Shown here: in pieces, positions 50,439 through 60,409 of the stretch
Layout of the letters: the number at the start of each line of letters is the position of its first letter
Numbering within the stretch: position 1 is the stretch's first letter
Assembly (NCBI GenBank): GCA_963664825.1
Contig: OY761614.1
Span: 2,592,001-2,656,000, forward strand
Length of the DNA: 64,000 nucleotides
Reading direction: 5' to 3'
From: an uncultured Holophaga sp.
GTDB taxonomy: Bacteria > Acidobacteriota > Holophagae > Holophagales > Holophagaceae
The notes under the pieces: model-generated
Databases searched by the model: none
Seen by the model: only the letters and a program-made list of their open reading frames with translations
Told to the model about the DNA's origin: nothing
Program-made: the position numbers and the translations under genes

Positions 50439-53159
50439 CTAAGCTCGGGCAATGGGAGGCATCGATCCTGGGAGTGCAGTTCCTGGCGCTAGGCCCAAAA
50501 CCCCCTGGATTGCATGAGCTAATTCGTGCAACGAATATGGTTTATTTAGCAATTTCACCGCAGGTATGGCCTTGATCCTACAGCTGGTCTCGGCGTCACA
50601 GTGACCCGAGGAAATCAACACCGGGAGTTCTGGGCGCAGCATCCGCAGGCGTACAAGCGTCTCAATACCATTCATTCCAGGCATATTCAGATCCAGGATG
50701 ACCAGATCCACAAGCATCCCGGCTTCCAGCCGCCTTAGGGCCTCCAGACCACTGGAAGCCACTTGGACCTGATGCCCAATCATTTCAAGAAGATCCACGG
50801 CTGATGCTCGGATCAGTTCATCGTCATCCACGATGAGGACCCTGGAGGCTTGGGACCGTTCACCCAGGGTTGGGGTCTGGGCGATTTGGGGAGTTTCTCT
50901 CTTCGCCAGGATGGGAAAACTCAAGGTGATGCAGGTCCCCTCGCCAGGCACACTTCTGATGTCCACCGTGCCGCCATGAGCCTTCACCGTCCCATAGACG
51001 ATAGATAGCCCGAGTCCCGTTCCCTTTCCAGCGGGTTTTGTGGTGAAGAAGGGTTCCATGGCCTTCTCTGCGATTTCACTGGGCATGCCTGCACCGGTAT
51101 CGGTCACAGCGAGTTCGACCAGTTCTTCCCCCCTCTGGCGCGTTTGGAACTTTAGCGAACCTCCCTTGGGCATGGCGTCACAGGCGTTTACGCACAGGTT
51201 CATGAGGACATTGGAGAGAGCGCTGGCTTCTCCCATGATTTCAGGAAGCGGCCTCTGAAGCTCGACCTTGATCTCAATTTTTTTGAAGGTCGTGTGTTTG
51301 AGGAGATCGGCCTCCTGTTCCACCAAGACGTTGAGATCAATGGGCACGGCGTCCTGGACATCCTTGCGGGAGAAATCAGTGAGGCCCTTCACAAGATCTC
51401 GCCCGCGAATCGCGGCTTGAGCGATGACATCGAGTTTGTGAACCTGCCTCTCGTCGAGGCTTGGATCGGCCTGTAATATGTTAGTCATAGCCAAAATGGC
51501 CGCGAGCACATTATTCATGTCATGAGAGACGCCCCCCGCCAAACGGCCCACACTTTCCAATCTTTGGAGATGATTTAGCTCCTGTTCGAGTTGATGTTCC
51601 TTCTCTCGGGCGGCTTTTATTTCTGTGACATCTCGGATGAGATCCACAAGAATGGGCTGCCCACCCAACTGGATGATTTCTGCCGAAAGTAGCGCCTGGC
51701 CGACCTCTCCAGAAGCCCTGCGAAAGGTGAGTTCAAAATTCCGGATTCGCCCCGTTGATGCGAGCCGGTCCATCGCGACCTGCCGCTGTTCAGGCTGGTC
51801 CCAGAGCCCCAGTTCTATGGTCGTTCTGCCCAATACCTGATTGAGTTCGAAACCCGCCAGGGTGAGAAAGGCCCCATTGGCTTCGATGATGACGGTGTCC
51901 TCAACGCGCACCAGGACGATGGGTATCGGCGAAGCGCGAAAGACCGCTGCAAACCGAGCTTCACTGATGCGCAGTTCGGCATCGGCCCGTCGGCGATCCG
52001 TGATATCGGTGTGGATGATCACCAAGCCCCTGCGGCTTCCCGTAAGGGCCGTGGCCGCAAGATGGAACCAGCGCTCCTGATCGGGAGCGGGGCAGGGGTA
52101 TTCGATTTCGAAACGGGGCAGGTCGCCCTTCAGGAGTGCCTGGAACCCTTCCAGACATGTTTTGGCCTCCGTCTCTGAATGGGCGTTGCGGAGGGTCTCG
52201 AAGTAATTCACACCGATACCCGAGGCAAGGGCTTCATCTGCCCCGTTGGCCTGTCCAAAATCCACCCAGGCCCGGTTCACATCGAGGATGCGCCCCTCTT
52301 CATCCAGCACCACGAGACCCGGCCCCATGCTGTCCATCACTGCCCGCAGAAGTGTCTCGGAATCATGGAGGGCTGTCTCTGCGTCCCGTCTCCGCTGAAT
52401 GTCCTCCACGATGCACACAAGATAATCCGGGTCCCCTTGGGGATTCCGCACGAGGGAAACCGAAAGGGAGATCCAGACTTCAGTGCCATTTTTTCGTATA
52501 TTCGGTTTCTCCTCCAGATAGGTCGATTTTTCGCCTTCTAGGAGCAGCCCAATCTTGGCCCGTGTTGAAGCGGCCCATTGAGGAGAACACAGGTCCTGGG
52601 TTCGAAGACACAGCAGCTCCTCTTGGGAGTAGCCCAAAATATCGCATAGGCGCTGATTGACTCGGAGGAAGCGCCCATCCAGGGCGACCTGGGCGATGCC
52701 GATAGCGGCTTGCTCAAAGGTCGCCTGGAAGCGAGCCTCCGAGGCGGCCAGGGCTTGCAAACCTTCGATACTGGCCTTGCGGGTGTGGGCTCCAAGCACG
52801 GCCTGTTGGATGGCAGCCACCAGGCGGCCTGGTCGGTCCTTGAGGATGAAATCCTGGACCCCTAATTTTAAGAGGGCCACGGCTTCTTCTTCCCCAACGC
52901 TCCCGGAGAAGAGGATGACGGGCAACTTGGGATCGTAGGCCTGGATCCGGTTGAGGGTTTCGCGGAAGGGCATTCCTGGTACGGAGTAATCCGATACGAT
53001 GACATCCCAGGGCCCATGTTGGAGTGCCGCATCAAGATCCCCCATGCGATCGATGCGCTGAGCTTCTGCGACGAGCCCTTCCTGTTTTAATAGGTGCAAA
53101 GTCAATAAGTAGTCTGCGGCAGAATCTTCCACGGAAAGCAGGCGAACAGGGGGACGCAT
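50439..53159 (-). CDS. Hybrid kinase REC-PAS(x3)-HisKA-HATPase-REC
   Basis: N-terminal VEDS...SDY receiver, PAS/PAC repeats, GGVSHDMNN, GTGLGL, C-terminal VDDD receiver. Confidence 0.93.
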   Translation of the reverse strand: MRPPVRLLSVEDSAADYLLTLHLLKQEGLVAEAQRIDRMGDLDAALQHGPWDVIVSDYSVPGMPFRETLNRIQAYDPKLPVILFSGSVGEEEAVALLKLGVQDFILKDRPGRLVAAIQQAVLGAHTRKASIEGLQALAASEARFQATFEQAAIGIAQVALDGRFLRVNQRLCDILGYSQEELLCLRTQDLCSPQWAASTRAKIGLLLEGEKSTYLEEKPNIRKNGTEVWISLSVSLVRNPQGDPDYLVCIVEDIQRRRDAETALHDSETLLRAVMDSMGPGLVVLDEEGRILDVNRAWVDFGQANGADEALASGIGVNYFETLRNAHSETEAKTCLEGFQALLKGDLPRFEIEYPCPAPDQERWFHLAATALTGSRRGLVIIHTDITDRRRADAELRISEARFAAVFRASPIPIVLVRVEDTVIIEANGAFLTLAGFELNQVLGRTTIELGLWDQPEQRQVAMDRLASTGRIRNFELTFRRASGEVGQALLSAEIIQLGGQPILVDLIRDVTEIKAAREKEHQLEQELNHLQRLESVGRLAGGVSHDMNNVLAAILAMTNILQADPSLDERQVHKLDVIAQAAIRGRDLVKGLTDFSRKDVQDAVPIDLNVLVEQEADLLKHTTFKKIEIKVELQRPLPEIMGEASALSNVLMNLCVNACDAMPKGGSLKFQTRQRGEELVELAVTDTGAGMPSEIAEKAMEPFFTTKPAGKGTGLGLSIVYGTVKAHGGTVDIRSVPGEGTCITLSFPILAKRETPQIAQTPTLGERSQASRVLIVDDDELIRASAVDLLEMIGHQVQVASSGLEALRRLEAGMLVDLVILDLNMPGMNGIETLVRLRMLRPELPVLISSGHCDAETSCRIKAIPAVKLLNKPYSLHELAHAIQGVLGLAPGTALPGSMPPIARA

Positions 53160-53162
53160 CGT

Positions 53163-53588
53163 TCACTCCGCACTGGGGGCAACGGGTTCGTTGATGATGG
53201 CCCAGTAGAATCCAACCCTTGCAACGGTGTCGGCGAATTCGGAAAAATCCACGGGTTTTCGCACAAAACTATTGGCTCCATGTTTGTAGCTATTTATACG
53301 GTCCTGTTCCTCGTCCGAGGACGTCAAAATCGCCACCGGCAGCAATTTGGTCCTGGGCTCTTCTCGCAGGCGTGCGAGGACTTCCAACCCTCCGATCCGA
53401 GGCAGGCCGAGGTCGAGCATGACAACCACCGGCAGCTCCTGCTTGGGATCAAGCAGGAGATCCAGGGCCTGCTGACCATCCCGGACCACGAGAATGGGAT
53501 TGGCAATATTCGCCTTCCGGAGGGCTCGGAGCGTAAGCATTTCATCCTGGATATTGTCCTCCACCAGGAGGATGGACTTGAGGGTCAT
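53163..53588 (-). CDS. Single-domain response regulator (Rcp1-like)
   Basis: LLVEDN, LDLGLP, LTSS, GANSFVRKP. Confidence 0.93.
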   Translation of the reverse strand: MTLKSILLVEDNIQDEMLTLRALRKANIANPILVVRDGQQALDLLLDPKQELPVVVMLDLGLPRIGGLEVLARLREEPRTKLLPVAILTSSDEEQDRINSYKHGANSFVRKPVDFSEFADTVARVGFYWAIINEPVAPSAE

Positions 53589-56548
53589 GGCTGGGACTCC
53601 GCGGGGCTGGGAAGGGTGAATTCGAAACGGGCGCCTTGATTGGGATGAGCCTCGGCCTGGATGCTTCCACCATGCCTGTGGATGATGCGCTGGACCGTCG
53701 CTAAACCAATGCCAATCCCGGGGAACTCATCCTGGCGGTGAAGGCGCTGAAAGGGTTGGAAGAGCTTGGTGGCGTGAGCCATATCGAACCCTGCGCCATT
53801 GTCCTCAACGACAAACCTTGCCTCTCCCCTCCGGAACCCGATGATGGCGGGATGACGGCCCTCGGTGTATTTCCAGGCGTTCCCGATCAGATTGCGCATC
53901 ATGGCTTCGATCAGCCGCGGATCGCCCCAGGCCTGCAAGTTGGATGCGATTTTCCAGACCACCTCGCGCCTGGGCTCCGAGGCCTCCAGATCCGTCCGAA
54001 TCCGCTCGACGAGGTCTGAAAGGTCCACCCAGCCTCGGTGCAGCTCGCCCCGGGTCACGCGACTCAATTGGAGGATGCCATCGATCAGGTCGGACATGCG
54101 ATTGCTGGCCAGCACGATCTGGTTGAGAAAGTTCTTTTCCGTGTTCTCAAGCTTGGGACTCAGATCCTCCATCAAGGCGAGGCTGAATCCGTTCATCGCG
54201 CGCAGGGGAGCCCTAAGGTCATGGGACACCGCATAAGCAAAGCTCTCGAGTTCGGTGTTGGCGGCTTGGAGTTCGGCGGTTCGCTCTTGAATGCGTTGCT
54301 CGAGGTGGGTGTTCAACTGCTGAATTTCATCTTCCATTCGTTTGGCTTCGGTGATATCTCGTCCCACGACAACAGCTCCCATAATCTCGCCGGAATCGTC
54401 CCGAATGGGCGCAAAGCTGTAACTTGCGACCCAAGACTCGCCGGTATCGCGTCTTCGAAGTTCATATACGGCATTGGAGGCCTTTTCGCCACGCAAGGCC
54501 CGCGGTACGGCCCATTGGGAAATGGGTGTGACTTGACCATCGGGGTAAAACATTTCCAGGCATGTTTGGTACCCGTTAAAGTTTTTTGCGCAGTCCTCTT
54601 TGCTCTCAAATTTGTGGAAAGTGGAAAAGGCCTCGTTGAATTCGATGGCGTTACCTTTCATATCTGAAATAAGCACAGCATCTTGCATGTTTTCCAGGGC
54701 TGCTTCGAGTTTTGCCCTGCTATCCCGAATAGCCGCTTCCGCTAAACGACGTTCAGTGATGTCATACACGATGGTGCATAGCAGTACACGGCTTTGCACC
54801 GGGATGGGTCCGCTGAAAACCTCCACATCGCGAATGCTCCCATCGGCTCGTCGGTGTTGGAAGAAGAAGTGTCGTTGACTTCCTCGATCGGAACACTGCA
54901 TGGCTTCATGGATCTTATCCGCTGGGAGCGTATTGATCTGAGCGATGTTCATTCGCCGAAGCTCATCAGCATCCCAGCCATAGAAATTGATGGCAGCTGG
55001 ATTGGCATCGACAATTGAACCCGTATCTTGGTCTATAATTAGTATTACACTGTAATTGTTATAGAAAAGGCTGCGATAGCGTTCCTCACTCTCGCGGAGT
55101 GCTTCTTCAGCCTGGATTCGCTGGGTGATGTCTTCGGAGAAGATGACGATTCCCGCAACTTGGCCGTCGAGGTCATGCCAGGGGCGGACTTCCCAGCGCA
55201 GCCACTGGACGGTGCCATCGAGGCGCTCAAACCGATCTCGCTCCTTCCGGATGACTTCGCCGCGCAGGCCTCGCTGATGGACCTCACGCCAGAAGGCTGG
55301 AATTTCAGGGAAGATCTCGTAGTGTGAATGTGCCAAGATCTCCCGCTCACCCAGGCCGTAGTCCTCGCGCCATTGGCGGCTGGCAGCGAGGTAGCGCACG
55401 TCCGTGTCGAACATCGCCAGCGACATGGGCGCATGCTCGATGAGGAGCCGCATCCTGGATTCGCCATCCCGCAGGGCGAAATCGATCTGCTTGCGGTCTG
55501 TGATGTCCTGCATCATGCCCCGCAGTGCACAGATCTCCCCATTGGCGTCACGCATGGCTTCACCGCGCGCTTCCGCCCAACCCGTGCCTCCATCTGCGCG
55601 AATGACACGGGTCTCCACGGAATAGGGGACTCCATCCTGGAGAGTTTGTTGAACCGCAGCTGAGAGCCGCACCCAACTCTCCGGCATAAAGTACCCTTCA
55701 ACTTCCTGGAAGTTTAAGGGTTTGCCGGACGGATCCAGGCCGAACATGTGAAACATCTCTCGGGACCAGACCGGGATATCTTGTTTGAAATCCCAGGCCC
55801 AACTGCCAATATGCCCCAGCTGCTGAATGTCTTCCAATAATTCGAGACTCTCGCGCAAGGATTGTTCGGTGGCTTTCCTGGCTCGGATATCTTCGGTCAC
55901 CGCGATAAAGAAACTCGGCCTGCCATTGGGTTTGCGCTGAAGGGCTTCGGTGATCTGCACCCAGCAGGCACTTCCGTCCTTGCAAAGGATTCTCTTGTCC
56001 CTTGTGAAGGTCTGGTTTTCCCCACTGCGCAGGCCTGCTTCGGCCAAGAGGTCCTGCTCCACATCTTCGGGGTGCGTGAGCTCCGATGCTTTGCGTCCGA
56101 TCAATTCGTGAGCGGCATATCCGGTGATATCACACAATCGCTGGTTCACCTCTTCCCAGTAGCCATCAGGTGAGACGAGGGCCATGCCAACAGCTGCTTG
56201 ATTAAATGCGGCATGGAACCTGGAATTAGACCCTTCTAAGGCTCGGTGCAATTGTGCATGAGTTCGACTGAACAAGAAGCCCACGAGGATGAAGAGGGCC
56301 AGCGACCAAAGACTGGAGATGCCCTTCTGAGCCCACTGCATACTCGGCGGAATAAAGAAATACCAGACAATCCAGGCGCTCTGGACCGTGCCCAGCAGGC
56401 CTCCCCAAAGGCCCCCCAAGTGGCCGCAAAAAAAGACTGTCGGATAGAACAAAAACCATACATATGGATGAATCCAGGGCCAGAGCTGCCATTGCAAGGC
56501 CAGTGCAAGCCAGGGCAATAATGCGATCAATACGCGGTGTTTTCGCAT
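53585..56548 (-). CDS. Membrane multi-PAS sensor histidine kinase
   Basis: N-terminal TM bundle, about five PAS/PAC repeats, SHDLRAPLR, DNGAGF, GIGIGLA. Confidence 0.93.
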   Translation of the reverse strand: MRKHRVLIALLPWLALALQWQLWPWIHPYVWFLFYPTVFFCGHLGGLWGGLLGTVQSAWIVWYFFIPPSMQWAQKGISSLWSLALFILVGFLFSRTHAQLHRALEGSNSRFHAAFNQAAVGMALVSPDGYWEEVNQRLCDITGYAAHELIGRKASELTHPEDVEQDLLAEAGLRSGENQTFTRDKRILCKDGSACWVQITEALQRKPNGRPSFFIAVTEDIRARKATEQSLRESLELLEDIQQLGHIGSWAWDFKQDIPVWSREMFHMFGLDPSGKPLNFQEVEGYFMPESWVRLSAAVQQTLQDGVPYSVETRVIRADGGTGWAEARGEAMRDANGEICALRGMMQDITDRKQIDFALRDGESRMRLLIEHAPMSLAMFDTDVRYLAASRQWREDYGLGEREILAHSHYEIFPEIPAFWREVHQRGLRGEVIRKERDRFERLDGTVQWLRWEVRPWHDLDGQVAGIVIFSEDITQRIQAEEALRESEERYRSLFYNNYSVILIIDQDTGSIVDANPAAINFYGWDADELRRMNIAQINTLPADKIHEAMQCSDRGSQRHFFFQHRRADGSIRDVEVFSGPIPVQSRVLLCTIVYDITERRLAEAAIRDSRAKLEAALENMQDAVLISDMKGNAIEFNEAFSTFHKFESKEDCAKNFNGYQTCLEMFYPDGQVTPISQWAVPRALRGEKASNAVYELRRRDTGESWVASYSFAPIRDDSGEIMGAVVVGRDITEAKRMEDEIQQLNTHLEQRIQERTAELQAANTELESFAYAVSHDLRAPLRAMNGFSLALMEDLSPKLENTEKNFLNQIVLASNRMSDLIDGILQLSRVTRGELHRGWVDLSDLVERIRTDLEASEPRREVVWKIASNLQAWGDPRLIEAMMRNLIGNAWKYTEGRHPAIIGFRRGEARFVVEDNGAGFDMAHATKLFQPFQRLHRQDEFPGIGIGLATVQRIIHRHGGSIQAEAHPNQGARFEFTLPSPAESQP

Positions 56549-56756
56549 TTTTTATTTATTAATCCCGGGATTGTATTTATATTAATACTGGTCTTGCTAT
56601 CCGTTTCCTTACGTATCGGACATATTTAGGCCCAGCATGAAAATTCACTCGCGAATCGTCTGATAGAGTCCCATCAAGTAGTGTAAGAGCGATGGCCACA
56701 TAGGTTGGCCACCGGGTCCGTAAGGTGAGTTTGCCGCTTACCGAACGGAGGGACCG

Positions 56757-56935
56757 ATGGCCATGGATAGGGTGTCGGGGCTAGAAGCCCTGAGCAAGGT
56801 GTTGGAGGAAGGGAACAGTGATTTCCTGCGGCGGGTGCTGCTGATGGGGCTGCAGGCGGTGATGGAGTCCGACGTGGCCGGGCTTTGCCAATCGGGTCCA
56901 GGCGAGCGGACACCCTCACGGGAAAATCACCGGGC
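56757..56935 (+). pseudogene. IS256-family transposase N-terminal fragment
   Basis: DFLRRVL...MESDV...GERTPSRENHR then loses similarity. Confidence 0.65.
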
Positions 56936-57236
56936 TTCCAGCCATTCCGCACAGGTGGCCACCATCGCGGCTTCTTCCACCAGACGGTCGGAAACTTGCT
57001 CATCTGTTCCTGGCGTGGGGTGGCCCTAGCCAAAACCTCATCGTAGGGGTGGAGGGCCGCTGCGAAGGCACCGAAGTCCATCGGTCGCGGCCCATCTGAA
57101 GGCCCCGCTCTGAAGGTTTTTGGCTTTCAGGGCGGAGTACCACCTGAGCTTCAACTTCTGAGCATTTTCCGGGCAGGCTCACGCCTGCCCGATCCATGTC
57201 GGGCCAGTAGGACCCTTTACAGATTCAGGCGGCCAT

Positions 57237-57680
57237 TCACCGCTGCACACTGCGCTCCGAAAGGTGAAAACCAAGGCGAAGCAACTCCCCGTGGATTCTC
57301 GGCGCCCCCCAGAGAGGGTTCTCGCGCGCCATGCGGCGAATCAGAACCCGAAGATTCCCGGAGATGGCGGGCCGACCTACCTTGCGTGTCTTCCTGGACT
57401 TCCAGCGCCAGAAGAGACGGAAGCCTGCTCGATGCCAATAGATGACGGTGGCGGGCTTCACCACCATGCAGACCTCCTGCCATCGGGGCCAGATCCGGCT
57501 CAGCATGGCCCAGAACACCCGATCACGGGCTTGGAGGCGGACCTTCCTGGTGCGGCGGAGCAGGACGGCGTTCTGCTGACGAAGGGCCAGATTCTCCTGG
57601 ATCAAGTCCTTGACCCATCCTGTCTCCTTTCCTGGGCAGGGAAGCAGCCATAGCACCATCAATCGAACAAACCATTTCAT
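57237..57680 (-). pseudogene. Integrase-core transposase N-terminal fragment
   Basis: ENLALRQQ, VKPATVIYWHR, GRP, RMARENPLWGAPRIHGEL; truncated. Confidence 0.85.
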
Positions 57681-57790
57681 GAGGACATCATGTCATGGCT
57701 GGCTGAGTCGACGTTGTGGGCAATACCCCGAGTGGCCTTACCCTAAAATCCTGAACCACCTAAAAAGTTAGGGTTTCACTGCGGGCTCCT

Positions 57791-58048
57791 TCATTCTGGG
57801 ACAGTCAGCCCACCCGCAATAAGCTCTTCCAGGCTCTTTCGCTCAACAAGCAGCCTCCGCCCGCCGTTGGGTCCGGGACGCTGCCAGATGGCCACCCTAG
57901 GCGCCTTGCGATCACAGTAGGCGGCCCGGAAGGAATCCGGTTCCATGCCCATGGCGCGGGCGGCGGCCTTCACGGGGATCCAGTTTCCTTCGGAGATTAG
58001 CTCTAGGAGATTGGCTGAATCACTGGGCAGACAGGGTCCCTGGCTCAC
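57791..58048 (-). CDS. Small HTH/excisionase-like protein, copy 2
   Basis: 85 aa; GTGA overlap with the upstream stop. Confidence 0.72.
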   Translation of the reverse strand: MSQGPCLPSDSANLLELISEGNWIPVKAAARAMGMEPDSFRAAYCDRKAPRVAIWQRPGPNGGRRLLVERKSLEELIAGGLTVPE

Positions 58049-59232
58049 TGTTCGTTCCTGGTGAACGGCTGCCCTAGCGCGTTAGCGACGGCCAGGGCGA
58101 AGGCGGAGTCATTGATGAGGAGGTCGTTAACCCGGCTGACTTCCTCCAGGTCGCGGTCCTCCGGGTTGGCGTACAGGGGATCATCCCAGATGACGAAAAC
58201 GTCCAGCGTGTGGCCATCAATAGACCAGCACTGGTAGGGAAGGCTGGGCTTGCGACGCACATAGGGGCCCTTGTCGGTGAGGGCTTTCCGAGTGCCCATG
58301 CGAAGCCCCATGAGGACGGCGGGATCCAGCTCCTGCAGGCGGCGCCGAACGGTCGCCTCGGAAATGGTGTATCCCTTCTGCTGGAGCACGTCGGCGGCGC
58401 CGATGTAGCTGCCCGTGTGGGCGAAGGCGCCACGGATTTCGTCATCCAGGCCCGGGGTTTGATCCGTGCGTCGGGGGCGGCCACAGGCGGAGTGGTGAGG
58501 CTTGAGGGCGTCGCCCGTGGGGTCCTGGGCATACAGCCCCCACCAGCGGCGCAGCGTGTTATCGCTGGGCGCGGATTTGAGGACCTTGAGGATGGCCTGA
58601 CCTTCGGAGGAGGTCCGCAGCCACTGCTGGGCCTCATCCAGGACATAGGAGGGGACTCCGCCCCGAACGGAGCGGCGTTCCCACGGATTCAGGCTGGCCA
58701 ACCTCGGGCGGACAGCCAGATCCAGGAAGCTCAGCCGCGCCTGCTGGATGGCCTGCGCCCGCTGGAGGGCGTCGGGATTGGCCCGGAGTACTACCTGCTG
58801 AGGATCGCGCTTGATCGGCGCGGGGCGGGTGGCCACGGGGCAGGGCTGGATCGAGGCCTGCTGACGCTCCCAGGCTGCGCGGGCGCCGGGATAGAGCGCG
58901 ATAAGGGCCTCCAGATGGATGGAATATTCAGTTCGCCCTTTGTTGGGGCCACTTTGGGTAATGTGAGGGGCTGCGTGCAGGCGCTCGCTCTGAATCGCCT
59001 TCAGGATGGCTTGCCTGGATTTCCCGGTTAGCTCGGCCGCTTCCGTAATCGTGAGCGCGACAACCTGTTCGGAATCTGTCGTTGTGAGCGCATCGCCCAT
59101 AACGCCATCAGAATCTATACTTTTCGAAGGATTTTGGGTCGCGACAACCGGTTGTCGCGTTGTGGCGGGGAGCGTGACAACCGTGACAACTTTGGGTTGT
59201 CGCGAGGGGATATGTTGAGGTGAGATCTGCAT
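58045..59232 (-). pseudogene. Truncated MuA-like transposase fused to the tail of a downstream gene
   Basis: Three HTH-like segments (TITEAAELTGKSRQAI; PSDNTLRRW; ISEATVRRRL) and WSIDGHTLDV first-Asp motif, then abrupt end; start may be ATG 59100. Confidence 0.78.
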
Positions 59233-59240
59233 AATCGCTT

Positions 59241-59573
59241 CTACGCGATTTCTTTCCGGAGCCGCCCCCAGATGCGGTCAGCTTCGAGCCCTAAGGTTTC
59301 TGCCAGGACGTCTTCCACCACCACGTCACGACAGTCCCGGTTGATAACCTGATGGAAGTAAGGGTCCGTGTACCCGTGCGTCTCGGCTAGCACACGGACA
59401 TTGACACCTTTGAGCTTCAGGAGGGCTCGGACGGCTTCCGGTTTCAGGCTGCCATCCAGATTGATGCCATTCGACATGAGATGTTGAACATCCGAAGCCG
59501 TGGCTAGGATGGCTTGGGTGCTTGGAGGCAGGCCATAGGCCGCCCTCTTGCGCGGGGCTTTTTCGGGTAGCAT
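59241..59573 (-). CDS. Ner/Nlp-like DNA-binding protein
   Basis: PEAVRALLKLKGVNVRVLA...EDVLAETLGLEADRIW pattern; divergent from the repressor. Confidence 0.8.
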   Translation of the reverse strand: MLPEKAPRKRAAYGLPPSTQAILATASDVQHLMSNGINLDGSLKPEAVRALLKLKGVNVRVLAETHGYTDPYFHQVINRDCRDVVVEDVLAETLGLEADRIWGRLRKEIA

Positions 59574-59603
59574 TCAAGTCTCCGATTACTTAGTTCACGA
59601 AGT

Positions 59604-60398
59604 GTGAACAGGAGAACAGTAAGTCTCGATAGGAAACACGTCAAGAGGTTGTTGCGCATCGTGAGCAAAGCTGAAATTCAGACTCCAGGCAAAAGGGTTA
59701 GACGCGCAAGGACCGCGCTGGGTAAAACTCTGGAATCTTTTGGCGCGCCAATGGAACGTTCACGTGCTGCGATTTCACGATGGGAGACGGACCAGATAAG
59801 CCTCACTGCTCTCGAAGCGGGAGCCATGGAGCACTTCCACGGCATCTCGGCCGCTTGGATCCTGAGGGGTGAAGAACCGATATGGGTTCCAGCAACCCTA
59901 GCTCCGCTAGATGATGCCGAGACCGAATATCGCCCAGTAATCCCTGGAGCCGCCTCTTGTGGGCCTGGTGGCGAAATTGCAGATCCAGGACCTTCGGCTT
60001 ACCGCCTTCCCTTCCGCAAAGACTTCCTCCAGGAGCTACTCCGCGAATGTGGAGGGGGCACCGCAGCGGATTGCTACGTTGTGGAATGCACAGGTGAGTC
60101 CATGCGTCCAACGCTCCACCCAGGAGACTTGGTGCTGATAAACACCGCGTTGGAACTGCGCGTGGAACCAGAACGGGACGCGCTCTATCTGGTACGCACA
60201 GACCCGACCAGCGTAGATGCCCGAATTAAGCGTGTCCACGTTAAGGATGATCGAATTTGTTTCGCCTCAGACGCCTCTGGATTCAAGACAATCGCGATCA
60301 ATGTGGATGGTATCCCGATCCAGCGCCTCATCCTCGGCCGCGTCTGTTGGATCGCCCGCAGTGTGGTGAAGGACGAGCGCCCAGAGCGGAACTGGTAG
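59604..60398 (+). CDS. Phage CI-type repressor (XRE HTH + S24 peptidase)
   Basis: RAAISRWE...WILRGE; GESMRPTL (Ser) and IKRV (Lys); start may be 59661. Confidence 0.9.
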   Translation: MNRRTVSLDRKHVKRLLRIVSKAEIQTPGKRVRRARTALGKTLESFGAPMERSRAAISRWETDQISLTALEAGAMEHFHGISAAWILRGEEPIWVPATLAPLDDAETEYRPVIPGAASCGPGGEIADPGPSAYRLPFRKDFLQELLRECGGGTAADCYVVECTGESMRPTLHPGDLVLINTALELRVEPERDALYLVRTDPTSVDARIKRVHVKDDRICFASDASGFKTIAINVDGIPIQRLILGRVCWIARSVVKDERPERNW

Positions 60399-60409
60399 GC
60401 GACTCGTTC

